Shown here in pieces: positions 23,547 to 39,841 of a stretch of DNA of 64,000 bases. This stretch comes from Octopus vulgaris. Its lineage: Eukaryota. The notes below the pieces were generated by a model. That model searched no databases. It was not told the origin of the DNA and saw only the letters and a list, made by a program, of their open reading frames with translations. Both the position numbers and the translations under genes were made by a program. Position 1 is the stretch's first letter. Each line of letters starts with the position of its first letter. The stretch covers positions 36,208,001 through 36,272,000 of the forward strand of contig OX597828.1 in assembly GCA_951406725.2 (NCBI GenBank), in the 5' to 3' direction.

Positions 23547-24639
23547 CAACTTTGCCTTTCATCCTTTTGTGGAGGTGGGGCGGAGATAAAATAAGTACAT
23601 GTTGAGTACAGATGTTGATGTACTTCACCTACCCTTCCTCCAAAATTGCTGGCCTTGTACCAAAATTTGAAACCACTAATAACAATAATAACAACAAAAA
23701 TTTTTTTTTATCAAATAACATTTATATAATTATTTTTTATCAATATATAGAGTATATTTTTTCACTGTTATATAGGAAAAGTCAGTGAAGTATGTTTTAA
23801 TTCAACAATGATCAGTTGGAATGTGGTGGTTGTGGTTTAGTAAAGAATGTGGTGGAAGGGGTGATAGGAAGGTGGGAACAGAGATGCTGATGGTGGAGGT
23901 CGTGATGACGGTAGGGAAGATGGCGATGGAAGTGGAGACCGGCATTGAAGAAACAATGAAAATATATTGAACAATTGGATGAAATAAAAAAAAAAAACAT
24001 GTTTTAATGAATACTATATTTGGAATTAAAATGTAAAAGGAAAAAAATAATCAGTAAACGAAAAAGACTATTTCTAAAAATAATCCTATTGATGGTTATG
24101 GTATGAGTAATAACTATTTCTCTAGAGGTAGATGACTACATTTGGTCAGGAAGGAGGAGTGACAGCGCAGTTCTTAGAGTAGGAAGTTCAATATGACTAG
24201 AACTGGCCCAAGATTTAGGCATAAGCTAAACAAGTGATAACTTAGGGACTCACAGTCTGCAAGGGCCTCAAAATAATTAAAGGTAATATATAAGGTTAGT
24301 TGAGTTAGAGGTGAAAATAACTGTCTAAGGAATAAAAGTATCCGAAATACTACCAGTATATTACCTCTATTTAAACATGGGCAAAAATGTTATGTTCATA
24401 AATTGTAGGTAAAGCCAAGGATAAACTGGAGTTTATCAGGAATCAAAATTTAAAGAAAACAGAAAATAGACTTAACATTGATGAACAGCAATTGATTTAC
24501 ATCAATTATTATTTGTTAATAATTCATAAAAAGACTGCATCCAATATATTCTTAATTTCTGTAAGAATTTATAGTGTAAATTTTTAATAAAGTGTCTCCA
24601 GGCTTTCTATAGTTTAATGACACTTTGCCTAAATTTGTC

Positions 24640-25040
24640 AAGTCAATTACATTGACCCCAGTGCACCACTGATACTTATATCATCGACCCCGAAAAGATG
24701 AAAAGCGAAGTCGACCTCAGCAGAATTAGAACTCAGAACATAAAGACAAATAATATATGGCTAAGTATTTTGCCTGCCAGGCTAACGGTTCTGCCAGCTT
24801 GCTGCTTTGTAATGATTTAATAATCCTTCCTACTGGAAGCACAAGGCCTCAAATTTTGGTGAGAGGGGACTAGTCGATTACATCAACCCCAGTACGCAAC
24901 TGGTACTTAATTTATCGACCCCGAAAGGATGAAAGGCAAAGTTGACCTCAGTGGAATTTGAACTCAGAACATAATGGCAGACAAAATACTGCTAAGCATT
25001 TTGCCCGGTTGGCTAACAATTCTGTGAGCTTTCAGCTTTA
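24640..25040 (-). mobile_element. Two tandem family B SINEs
   Basis: Reverse complement of family B. Confidence 0.8.
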
Positions 25041-25194
25041 CAATTATTTAATAATGACAACACATTTATGGTGGAAGAGATATAACCAAGTCAATCAATA
25101 AGAATATATTACTGGGATATTATTAGCAATAAATAATTAAGTTACCTCAGTATATCAACAACAATGGCTTGGGTCATACCAATATATTACTGGT

Positions 25195-25976
25195 ATGCCA
25201 GCGCCGCCTGACTGGAGCCCGTGTTGGTGACACGTAAAAGCACCAACCGATCGTGGCCGTTTGCCAGCCTGCTCAGGGCCCCTGTGCAGGGCCCCTGTGC
25301 CGGTGGCACGTAAAAAACACCCACTACACTCATGGAGTGGTTGGCATTAGGAAGGGCATCCAGCTGTAGAAACACTGCCAAATCAGACTAGAGCCTGCTG
25401 AAACCTCCATGACTTACCAGACCCCGGTTGAACGTTAAATGATGATGATGATACTATCAGCAAAAAAGAGCCAAGACACTACATCATCATCATCATCATC
25501 ATCGTTTAACGTCCGTTTTCCGTGCTAGCACGGGTTGGACGGTTTGACCGGGGTCTGGGGAGCCAGGGGCTGCTCCAGGCCCCAGTCTGATCTGGCAGTG
25601 TTTCTACAGCTGGATGCCCTTCCTAACGCCAACCACTCCGTGAGTGTAGTGGGTGCTTTTTACGTGCCACCTGCACAGGTGCCAGAGGGGTCTGGCATCA
25701 GCCACGATCGGTTGGTGCGTTTTATGTGCCACCGGCACAGAAGCCAGTCGAGGCGGTGCTGGCATCGGCCACGTTCGGATGGTGCTTTTTATGTGCCACC
25801 GGCACAGAAGCCAGTCGGGGCGGTGCTGGCATCGGCCACGTTCGGATGGTGCTTTTTATGTGCCACCGGCACAGAAGCCAGTCGAGGCAGTTCTGGCATC
25901 GGCCACGTTCGGATGGTGCTTTTTATGTGCCACCGGCACAGAAGCCAGTCGGGGCGGTGCTGGCATCGGCCACGTT
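25195..25976. mobile_element. Tail-to-tail family C pair (plus 25195-25452, minus 25482-25976); minus copy has about 4 x 67-bp internal tandem repeat
   Basis: ATGTGCCACC recurs at 25724, 25791, 25858 and 25925. Confidence 0.8.
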
Positions 25977-26465
25977 GGAATTTGAACTCACGTCCTAAAG
26001 AAACAAATGTAAATACTGTACACTCTCATTAAGATCATCATCATCATCAAGTTTTAACATCTGTTCTCCATGCTGGCATTATATGAGCCATTCATTAGAC
26101 AAAGGGTTAATGTAGACGATATGATAACGATGATGTAAATATTTACAACTTTGATTGTCAATGATGATGAGGATTATGATAACTGATGCTGATGGTGATT
26201 AATGTACATGTTTATAGTTTTGATTACGAATGTTACTGACAATGATGGTGGTGGTGGTGATGATGGTGGTAGTAGTTGTAGTGGTGGTGGTGGTGGTGGT
26301 GGTGGTGGTGGTGATGTGAATGATAGTGACAACTCTATTAAAAGAAACCCAGTTAATGCTCTTAAACTCTTTTCATCTGGTTAGATTTTATATTCTTCCT
26401 TTACTTCGCAGAACTTTTCTGAGCAGCCATACTAACACGGCAGCATACATGCATACACACAGACA

Positions 26466-26521
<56 letters not shown>

Positions 26522-26687
26522 ATACATATACATATAAATAAACACACTCGTACAAACTAACACTTCCAGAAGTGATAATTGGTGTTTAAAAAGATTTAGA
26601 GATTTTAGTTGGATTTATTGCAAAATTTTTGTCTTACATTAGTTTTCTCTTCCTACAAGCTGCCCCTCTTTGTTTCTCTCTGTCTCT

Positions 26688-26737
<50 letters not shown>

Positions 26738-28289
26738 ATACAAATACGCATCCATATATTTAAACACACAACATGCATACCTACTTCTTTTTTCTTTTAC
26801 TTATCTGTAAATCAATCTTGTGAACAACAACAAAACATCTTCCATCTAATCATGATTACAGTAAAAGTGTGCGTGCGTGGAATCGGGTAGTCAGAAACTG
26901 TGTTGGAGTCTACTGAAGAGATTGGTAAGTGAGATCTGGGGGAAGCATCATTGTCACAGCAACACAACCGTGTCTCATTGTGTCTGCCTGAGGAATTACA
27001 CTAACAATACGAAATGTCTGCAAACGAAGAAGACAAAGACACAGCCACTTTTTACCCCCCCCTTATTTTTCAAAGGAATGGGTGGGATGCAGAGCCTTCA
27101 CAGCCCCCCACCCCAGGTTGGTGAGATTGATATGGTCAAGGAATGCAGGAAAAGTATGAGCAGAGAGGGGAATTTTGTGGATATTACCATTCTGGGGAAG
27201 AAAGGTTAGTCATGGTCTTCAGTGCAGCAATGAGCATGAGAAGGGAAGGAATTTAAAGGGTATAATATACTAGGGAGGCTATACCAGTGAAGGGATACAA
27301 TACGGGTGAAAAGAACAGACCAGGAATCTCTAAAGTGTAGTAACAGTAGAAAAAGGAGAGTGAGAAGAAAGCACATCTATGGGATAAAGGTGGGAGCATG
27401 TTGGTAAGAAATTCCATTCTAATCAGTTGAGTGTCCCTTTTTTTTTTTGTTTTTTAATCTGAAGGGGAAATGCATTTTAAAATGCTTAAGTGTGTAGCAG
27501 CAACAGTGTCTCATATGGGAGCAATATTCCACTCTGGACTTTACTATAATTTAGAGAATAAATAAATATGCTGATCAAACAACTGGAGTCCAGCACCATC
27601 AACATCATCATCATCATCATCGTCAATTAATGTCCATTTTCCATGCAGACATGGGTTGAACAGTTTGGTAAGATTCAGCAAGCCACAAGGCTGCACCAAG
27701 CTCCAGTGTCAGCTTTGGAATGGTTTTTTATATGGCTGGATGCCATTCCTAATGCCAACCACTTAAGAGATTGTACTGGGTGCTTTTTATGTGGCACCAG
27801 CACTAGTGAGGTTGTCAAATAAGTTGCAGGACAGAAAAGAACAGAAGGTAAAAAGCAGCCCTCACTACCACTGTGGATAAGTGGTGAGGATATTAGAAAT
27901 GAGGGAGGGGCTGAGGGGCTAAATTATGCTAGACAGACGAGAACAGGTTCCTAGCTATAAAGAAGAAACATGGCTACCCCACGTTATAATGGTGAGTAAG
28001 AGTAATTGGGAAGATGAAGATAAAGAAGAAAGATGGTAGTGATGGTGTGTCAAAGTAGGTGAGCAAAAGAGAGGATAAATGTATAAGATAATATCAAGAT
28101 TAAGTGGAAACTGGTGATGGTGTACATTGGCAATAAGTAATCCATAGAGATGTTTACAGAAGAGTCTCCAGAACATGAAGAACATGGCTGTATCTACAAA
28201 CATACGTATGTTTTATTCTGCCAATCAGAAAACTGGAACCAGCCAGGTCAGGCACCTTGGGAGTGGATTTGGAAGACAGAAACTTAAAC

Positions 28290-28850
28290 CATGGCCTCCA
28301 GATGACTTCGGAATCTCCTGCAACTCTTCTGAACAGTCTCCTTGACTTCAGTTCATCTTTGGTGTTACAAGGAGTTTTGTTGGTCTCTCGCTCAACTGCA
28401 CGCCACACATAATAATCAAGGGGGTTGCAGTCTGGGGAGTTAGGTGGCCTGATGTTAGGGGTAATGTAGTTTCAGAAATTGTCTGACAGCCATGACTGGG
28501 TTCTCTTGCTTGTGTGGCATGGTGCAGAGTTTTGTTGCCAAACATAGGATCTTCTAGCAGCCACCCTCTTGACCTAGGGCAGCACTACCTTCTTCATGCA
28601 CTTGATGTAGGCCTTCGTGTTGACTCTGAGGCTGTGTTAGAAGATGATTGGAGGTATAAAGTCGCCATCACTAGTGATCACTCCAAACACCATGGTATTG
28701 ACTGGATGTTTGATTTTTATCACTCTCAGTACATGTCCTCAGATTGACACCCAAACACTCTGAAATGTTTGTATTGGAGCTTCCAGCATGAATGCCAAGC
28801 AGTACAGCATAATGTTTCCAAATTTCTGGCAGAGTGAATTCCATCATGCT
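28290..28850 (-). pseudogene. Decayed, internally deleted Tc1/mariner-superfamily transposase
   Basis: Minus-strand translation gives VWQQNSAPCHTS..WLSDNF*..PPNSPDCNPLDYYVWRAVERETNKTPCNTKDELKSR, matching the DD(E/D) C-terminal motifs, with stops and frameshifts. Confidence 0.8.
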
Positions 28851-29404
28851 GGTGTTTTTCTCACATACAGTGCACAACTGACCCTACTATACTATATAGT
28901 CAACAAAATCAAAAATAAACAATGCTCAGCCACAAAATTAAAAATATAAAATGACAACAATTTACTCATCACAGCCCATGTATGTGTGTGTGTGTGTGTG
29001 TGTATATATACATATGTGTGTGTGTATATATATACATATGTGTGTGTGTGCATACTTACCTTGGTATCATGTGATATTTGTTAACAAGTATCACCATCAG
29101 TGTCCCCCATTTCCAATCTTCCATGAAAACATGGCTGGTCATGGGGAAATATTATCTTACTCTGAAACAGGTGAAACTTCCCAAGAGAAATGGCATAAAG
29201 CCATAAAAAAATCCACCCCAACAAACTCTATCTGACCCACGTTAACAGGGAAAAGGATAGTGATGATGAGAACCATATATTTTTATATGGTATTTTTCTG
29301 TGAACAGATACATCATACGTAATGGTCTGCCAATGAGCCAGTTAGTGGTTGACTGAATATCTGATAAATGTATCAAGGGATTGTCTATGTCATTTGAATG
29401 AAAT

Positions 29405-29640
29405 AAATACCTATTTATTTACTACTCACAAGGGGCTAAACACAGAGAGGACAAACAAGGACAGACAAACGAATTAAGTCGATTATATCGACCCCATTGC
29501 ATAACTGGTACTTAATTTATCGACCTCGAAAGGATGAAAGGCAAAGTCGACCTCGGCGGAATTTGAACTCAGAACGTAACAGCAGACAAAATACGGCTAC
29601 GCATTTTGCCCGGTGTGCTAACATTTCTGCAAGCTCGCCT
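29405..29640 (-). mobile_element. Family B SINE (alternative tail ..GTTTAGCCCCTTGTG..)
   Basis: Reverse complement of 48842-49072. Confidence 0.8.
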
Positions 29641-29670
29641 GAATGAAATAAATACCATAAATCTGCTTAA

Positions 29671-30280
29671 CTCTTTAGCATTCAGATTACCATGTCAAAT
29701 GTAAACCTTATTTATTCACATGGTTTTGAATTAATCATCTATTATCTTGTGGCCTTGAGATTTTGATGATGTTATCATATATTTTCAGAATGATATTGTA
29801 CGGTAGGTGTGAGAGGCCAGATCTGGCCAGTTTTAACACATTTTCTTTCTTTATATGTTTCAGTCATTTGACTATGGCCACGCTGGAGCACCGTCTTTAA
29901 TCGAGCAAATCGACCCAGGAATTATTCTTTGTAAGCCTAGTACTTATTCTATTGGTCTCTTTTGCTGAACCGCTAAGTTCGGGAACATAAACACACCAAC
30001 ATCGGTTGTCAAGCAACGGTGGGGGGACAAACACACACAAAGACACACATATAAATATATAAACATATATATATATATATACATGACAGGCTTCTCTCAG
30101 TTTCCATCTACCAAATCCACTCACAAGGCTTTGGTTGGCCTGAGGCTACAGTAGAAGACACTTGCCTAAGATGCCACGCAGTGGAACTGAACCTGGAATT
30201 ATGTGGTTGGGAAGCAAGCTTCTTACCACTCAGCCATGCCTGTACCTTAGAATATTTCAGCTGGTTTAAATGCTAAAGGG
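29671..30280. mobile_element. piggyBac-like MITE interrupted by a SINE (related copies about 19238-19452, 38151-38370, 50230-50440, 50458-50672)
   Basis: TTAA-CTCTTTAGCATT ... AATGCTAAAGGG-TTAA. Confidence 0.75.
29845..30245 (-). mobile_element. Family A SINE nested in a piggyBac-like MITE
   Basis: Collinear with family A; flanks are the two halves of the MITE. Confidence 0.85.
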
Positions 30281-30555
30281 TTAATGCTGGCATGGCTATT
30301 TGGTTAAGAAGTTTACTTGGCAACTATTAGCTGCAAGATGATGAGCTAAAAGACCCTAGCCTTGAAAGACAGGGACCATCATGTTGACAACAAATTTTTA
30401 TGATATTCAGTTCTCTAAGTTTTCTGTCAATCGACATCCTTTGAATTTGGAGGCCCCTTCTTTCCCTCTTTGTGGTCCTTTTTGCTACAGTGACCAGAAG
30501 CCTGGTTTGTGACAAAATCATAAAAAAAAAAACATAGGCGCATGAGTGGCTGTGC

Positions 30556-30729
30556 ATAGGCGCAGGAGTGGCTGTGTGGTAAGTAGCTTGCTAACCAACC
30601 ACATGGTTCCGGGTTCAGTCCCACTGCGTGGCATCTTGGGCAAGTGTCTTCTGCTATAGCCCCGGGCCGACCAATGCCTTGTGAGTGGATTTGGTAGACG
30701 GAAACTGAAAGAAGCCTGTCATATATATG

Positions 30730-30786
<57 letters not shown>

Positions 30787-31000
30787 ATGTGTGTGTGTCT
30801 GTGTTTGTCCCCCTAGCATTGCTTGAGAACCGATGCTGGTGTGTTTACGTTCCCGTCACTTAGCGGTTCGGCAAAAGAGACCGATAAAATAAGTACTGGG
30901 CTTACAAAGAATAAGTCCCGGGGTCAATTTGCTCGACTAAAGGCGGTGCTCCAGCATGGCCGCAGTCAAATGACTGAAACAAGTAAAAGAGAGTAAAGAG
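30556..31000 (+). mobile_element. Family A SINE, full length, with duplicated 5' 22-mer at 30534-30555
   Basis: Near identical to 4306-4706. Confidence 0.9.
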
Positions 31001-31744
31001 TAGGTACTTCAAAGTTGGCTGTGTGATTAAGAAGTTCGCTTCCCAATCAAATGGTTTCAGGTTCAGTTCCATCATGCAGCACCTTCCGCTAAAGCCCTAG
31101 GTTAAACCAAAGCTTTTTGTATGCACATGTGTGTAAGTGTGTCTAGACAAAATATGATAGATGTAAAAGAGGGTCATTATCATACAAACAATATCATTTA
31201 TTTTCAATCTTCCATAAAAACATTATCACATTATCTTGTTTGGAAACAATGGGGGGTTGGTGACAAGAAGGACATCTGGCCATAGAATAATGCTCTGCCT
31301 CAACAATTTCCATCTGGCTTATTGCAAGCATGAAAAAGTGGCCATTAAAACAGTGATGATATGTATATTACATATGTGTACAAGTGTGTGTGTGTGTGCA
31401 CATGTTGTGTGTGTGTGTTCAATGTGTTTGATAACAGTCACACTCAATTAACTCCAAGTTAGCCTTAACATTACACATCAATCCGCTAGGAGAAATCCTC
31501 TAACATCTCACTGTCTGTCACTGACAAGTGGCATCACACATTTTATACGCAACCACCCACCCAAACACACACACACACACACACAAAAACGTAAACACAC
31601 AATGTATTTTCTGGCTTTTTACACATAGCACCAACACCACCGACACCCAGACATTTGTCATAATCAGATTTCATTCAGTTTGCTTCGTACATCAATGAAC
31701 GCAGCATCACAGTGATGGAATCCAAATAGACAGCACACATACAT

Positions 31745-34010
<2,266 letters not shown>

Positions 34011-35953
34011 TAGCTGTTTTATTGATTCTTAGATAAAAGCATGCCAACCATCTGATACTAACTGATGAATTTTGACAGCTTAAGTACCCAACATAGTCAC
34101 ACACACACATGCACATACATACACGCACACACAATCAAACTGACACAAAATCAAATACAATCCGATAGACACAATAAACCCTACACACACAGACACACAC
34201 ATGCATATACACTAACACATACACACTCAAGTCCCCCCTCCCACCCCCATGGTAGTGAAGATGTGGTGCAGACAGTAATTAATCACTTAAATGTAATTGC
34301 AGTACATGTGCTTGTATTTCACTGTTGTGGTTTTCAAACTTTAATCAGCAGCTGGGGAACACACACACACAGAAATTCAAACATGCAAGTACACACACAA
34401 GTACAAATATACAGGCACACACACAAGTACAAATATACAAGCACACACACAATCTCATCATCATCGTCATCGTTTAACGTTCGCTTTCCATGCCAGCATG
34501 GGTTAGACGATTTGACTGAAAGACTGGTGAACCAGATGGCTGCACCAGGCTCAAATCTGAACTGGCAGGGTTTCTACAGCTGGATGTCCTTCCTAACGCC
34601 AACCACTCTGTAGAGTGTAGTGGGTATTTTTACATGCGACCAATATGAGGACCAGTTAGGCGGTACTGGCATCGACTATGCTCAAATGGTGCTTTTTTTA
34701 CGTGCCGCTAACACAGGAGCCAGTAGGGTGGCACTGGCAACGACCACGCTCGAATGGTGCTTTTTATGTGCCAGCGGTGTAGGTACCAGTCAGGCGGTAC
34801 AGGCATCAGCCACAACAATAACTTCACTTGACTCAACAGGTCTTCACAAGCACACAAATATTTTTCTTTTATTCTTTTATTTGTTTCCGTCATTTGACTG
34901 CGGCCACGGGAGCACCACATTTAGTCGAGTAAATCAACCCTGCTGTTTTAAAAGAGAACTGGAGGATGTATTTAAGTCTGAAAACGGTGAGATCCTTTCA
35001 TTGTAAATCTTTTATACTTTACTGGTTTCAATCACTGGGTTGTGGCCATGCAGGGGCACTGCCTTGAAGCGTTTAGTTGAACAAATCAACCTCAGTACCT
35101 AATTTTTTTTTAATAAGTCTCTTTTGCAGAACCACAAAGATATAGAGGGACATAAACAAACCAACACCAGTTGTCAAGTGTTAGTAGAGGACAAATATAA
35201 ATACAAAAACACAAACACATGCGCACGTACACACACACACACAATGAGCTTTTACACTTCCCATCTATCAAATTCATTCACAAAGCATCGGTCAGTCCCA
35301 GACAAAATAAAAAACACTTGACCAAGATGATGTACAGTGAGATTGAACCTGCAAAGTGAGCTTCTTAACCACTCAGCCATGATTAGATATCTGAAGATAT
35401 TTTAAAGTTGTCAGAGTGTGTAAGTTCAGCCTTGCTAATTACACAATACTCCTTTCTTAGCTATGATAAAACAAAAGATTCTAATTTCCTGTTTCCACAC
35501 CTGCCTGGAGGTTCCCCTGGCACAGGAATTGCTTCCAGACAGACTGGTTGGCTCCAACAAAGATATGCAGTCTTCAATAATCTCCAAAAACATTAAAAAA
35601 AGAAGAAAAAAAATATCCAGCAAGCAAGACTTTCCATAAGAATAATAATTACTCATTGAGTTGCATAGTTTCAGATTTTTCACGGAAAAGAAATAGGAGC
35701 ATTAGAAAGGTCACAATGATGATGATGATGATAATGGGAGCTTATATTTATTATACGATAAAATAATGGCTATTATCAACTGAAATATGTAATTGGTATA
35801 TATTTTATCAATGTTCAAGAGATAAAAGCAACATTAGTTTAAACAGGATTCCAACTAAATACTGAGAAACTAAAAGACTATAATATAAAATATCGAAAAA
35901 GTATTCTATTTTCTCTGCCTTCATCACTGTTGTATTATTATTATTATTATTAT

Positions 35954-36004
<51 letters not shown>

Positions 36005-36279
36005 TAAAAAAAAATTCTTTCTAATGGAAGCACAAGGCCTCCGAATTGTGGAAAGAGATTAAGTCGATTACATCAACCCCAGCATGTAACTGGTACTTAT
36101 TTAATTGGCCCCAAAAGGATGAAAGGCAAAGTTGACCTTGGCAGAATTTAAACTCAGAACGTAGCGGCAGATGAAATAGCACTAAGCATTTTGTCTGGCA
36201 TGATAACAGTTCTGCCAGCTTGCCACTTAATAATGAGAATAATAATAATAGAAACAATAATAATGATGATAATAATAAT

Positions 36280-36655
36280 AACAAGAGCACTCAGAGAGTG
36301 CAAACCTCCACCAAGGTAATACCAACATCCTCTCAACAATAAGCCAGAGAATGAGAATATCTGAAATAAAATGAGAATATCTGAAATAAACTTGACTGCT
36401 CTCACAAATGAAAATACTAAAAATGAACCTGACCACTCTCAAAAATTAAGTAAAAAAAAAAAAAGGGAAAAATAATCCAGAATTCCTTTCTGGTACCGGA
36501 TTGATCCCAAAATCTAATCAGTCCGTGCCAGTCATGAGACCAAACATCTCTGAAAGTTTCATCTGAATCCATCCAGCGGTTCTTGAGATATCTTGCCCAC
36601 GGACAAACAAACAAATGTGACTGAAAACAATACCTCCACCTTAGTGAAAGCAATA
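36280..36655 (+). mobile_element. Helentron-associated (HINE/DINE-like) non-autonomous element
   Basis: 5' ACAAGAGCACTCAGAGAG..AACCTCC..CAAGG, (AAAC)n, 3' GAAAACAATACCTCC plus hairpin; sits in (AAT)n. Confidence 0.65.
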
Positions 36656-36891
36656 ATGATTTCAGATTTTGGTACATGGCTCACAAATTTGAGGGAGGGT
36701 GTAAGTCAATTACATTGACCCCAGTGCTTGACCGGTACTTATTTCATCAACCCCAAGAGTATGAAAGGCAAAGTTGACCTTCATGACAATCAAAGTCGGA
36801 ATATAAAAGGTGGACAAAAATGCTCCTAAATATTTTGTCCATTGCACTAATGGTTCGGCCAGATTGCTTCCTTGATTATAATAATTATGTC

Positions 36892-36932
<41 letters not shown>

Positions 36933-37431
36933 GATCTCAAATTTTGGCACAAGGCCAGCAATTTCGGAGGAGAGGATAAATCAATTACATCAATCCCAGT
37001 GCTCAACTGGTACTTACTTTATCGACCCCGAAAGGATGAAAGGCAAGGATGGTGTCAGCGGAATTTGAACTCAAAATGTAAAGAGCCAGAGGCATGCCTC
37101 AGGGCACTTTGGTTTGACACAAATGATTCATCCAATCAAAGTCTGAAATTTCTTTGTGTGTGGTGAAAGGAACAGTTGATTATATCCACTCAAGTACTTA
37201 ACTAGCACTGGCAATTATATTATGGTCTTCAGAAAGATGAAAGGCAAAGTTCATATCAGCAAGAGTCAAAATACTTTTCTTTCTTTCTTCCAGCTCTTTT
37301 AATTCCTGAGTTCAAATCTTCCCGGGGTTAATTTTACCTTTCATCTTTTCAAGGTCAATAAAATGAGGCCAATTGTATCAACTAAAACCCTCCTCCAAAA
37401 TTTCTGACCTTCTGAGAAATTATTATTATTA

Positions 37432-37795
37432 TTACCTCTGCCTTAGTGAAGGCAGAGGTATTGTTTTCAGTTGCGTTTGTTTGTTTGTCCATGGACAAGA
37501 TATCTCAAGAACCACAAGATGGATTCAGATGAAACTTTCAGGGATGTTTGACCTCATGACTGGCACAAACTGATTAGATTTTGGGATCGATCTGGTACTA
37601 GAAAAGGATTCTGGATTGTTTTTCCTGCTTTTTTACTTAATTTTTGAGAGCAGTCAGGTTCATTTTTAGTATTCCAATTTGTGAGAGAGGTTGAGTTTAT
37701 TTCAGAGATTCTCATTTTAAAAATCATCTTTGGCTAATCGTTGAGAGGACATTGGTGTTACCTTGGGTAGAGGTTTGCGCTCTCTGAGTGCTCTT
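37432..37795 (-). mobile_element. HINE-like element, inverted relative to 36280-36655
   Basis: Reverse complement of the same family; clear terminal hairpin ACCTCTGCCTT-AGTG-AAGGCAGAGGT. Confidence 0.65.
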
Positions 37796-39442
37796 ATTAT
37801 TATTATTATTATTATTATTATCATTATTATTATCATTATTATTATTATCATTATTATTATGTAATGTAATTTGATATAAGAGATATGGACAGTTAAATCA
37901 ATCCCAGAACTTGAATGATAATTATCTTATTAACCCAAAGGGGCAATGAAAAGCAAAATCAGTAACAATTTTAACAGAAAATGCAAAAAATATAAAATAA
38001 CAAACTGAATTCTACCCAGCAATATTCCACAATATTCCACAAATTCTACCCGGAATTTTGCCCACCATTCTACAAACTCTACCAAGAATTTTTTTTCCAA
38101 TGCCTAACAAACTGTACCATTGATGATACTTGAGGCAAGGAATTATTTAATCCTTTAGCATTTAAGCCAACCATATCTAGCCTAAATATTTTACATGTTC
38201 CATGTTCAAACAGGCCACATCTGACTTCACACGCCCACTCTACAATGTCATTTTAAAAATTAAACAATCATATCACTGAAAGCTCAAAGCTATGAGATAA
38301 TCTATGATTAATTTTAAAATGTGAATAGATAAGCATTACAGTTTACTGAGTAATCTTAATGCTAACAGGATAATTAAACAGACCTCAGTACATGATTGGT
38401 ACATTATTTTATCAGCCTGAAAGGATAAAAAAATGAAGTTGACCTTGGTGGGTTTTGAGCTCAAAACTTAGAGGATAAGAACAAACACCAAGAGGCATTT
38501 GATCCAGAGCTCTAATAATTCATTCAATTCATTGTTCTAATTAAAAACAAATCACTGAGGTTAATTTCCTAGCTAGATCATTATTTTTAACTATGTTTAT
38601 GATGCACATTATATTAAATATTTTAACCCTAATTTAGTCATATTTTTTACGGATGGAATCTCAAAGTAATTTCCCACAATGATTATAATTTTTCAACATG
38701 CACACACACACACACACACACATTTCATGCCCATGTTCCAAGTCTTTTCATATAAGTTGGATGGTTTCACAGGATCCTATGGGACAAAGGACTGCATTGT
38801 GCTCCAGTATCTGCTTTGGCATGGTTTCTATAACAAGATGCCTTTCCTAACACCAACCACTTTATACCATGTACTGGGTGCATTTTTTAATGGATTTTTT
38901 TTTTTGTGCCATTAATTCTAGTGAGGTTACCATGCAGCTCAGCTCTACAAGACTATAAACCCTGAGGAGAAGAATAGGGCTCATGCTAGGAGAGATGAGA
39001 AGTGAAATTTAAGGACAAAGAGGTAAATGTATCTGAGGGAGAAATAGATGCTTGTAAAATGACATTTTGGTCTGACTCTCTTGGTCAAGTCAACTTGATC
39101 TCTCCCTCAACTAGCTGTACCATCTTCAGGATCAACTGGGTCCCTGCATCAACAAGGAGTACTGTCTTTGGAGTATCTGGATCCTTGCTCCAACAAGCAA
39201 TATGTGAGTATCAACTGGATTCAGCACCAATTAACTGTGCCATCTATCATTGGGATCAACAAGACCGTTACACCAACTAGCTGCACTATTTTGGGGCTCA
39301 ACTGAATCCCTGCACCAACAAACTATACCATTTTGGGGCTTTTTTCTTTCTAGACATCTCTCTCAACTGATTTCATTGTTCTCATTTGCTCTCCCTAAAT
39401 ATATTTTCATTATTGTATATACTTTCATCTGTCTCTCCATAC

Positions 39443-39841
39443 ATAGGCGCAGGAGTGGCTGTGTAGTAAGTAGCTTGCTAACCAACCACATGGTTTCGGG
39501 TTCAGTCCCACTGCGTGGCACCTTGGGCAAGTGTCTTCTACTATAGCCTCAGGCCGACCAATGCCTTGTGAGTGGATTTGGTAGACAGAAACTGAAAGAA
39601 GCCTGTCGTATATATGTATATATATATGTGTGTGTGTATGTTTGTGTGTCTGTGTTTGTCCCCCTAGCATTGCTTGACAACCGATGCAGGTGTGTTTACG
39701 TCCCCATCACTTAGCAGTTCGGCAAAGAGACTGATAGAATAAGTACTGGGCTTACAAAGAATAAGTCCCGGGGTCGATTTGCTCGACTAAAGGTGGTGCT
39801 CCAGCATGGCTGCAGTCAAATGACCGAAACAAGTAAAAGAG
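39443..39841 (+). mobile_element. Family A SINE, full length
   Basis: Near identical to 4306-4706. Confidence 0.9.

Noticed and set aside
25724-25976. 67-bp units as twister/HDV ribozymes or CRISPR repeats
   Set aside because: No catalytic consensus could be fitted, and there are no unique spacers.
26850-26930. Possible host exon ending in a GTAAGT donor
   Set aside because: No convincing acceptor, frame or recognisable protein similarity; cannot be supported without RNA-seq.
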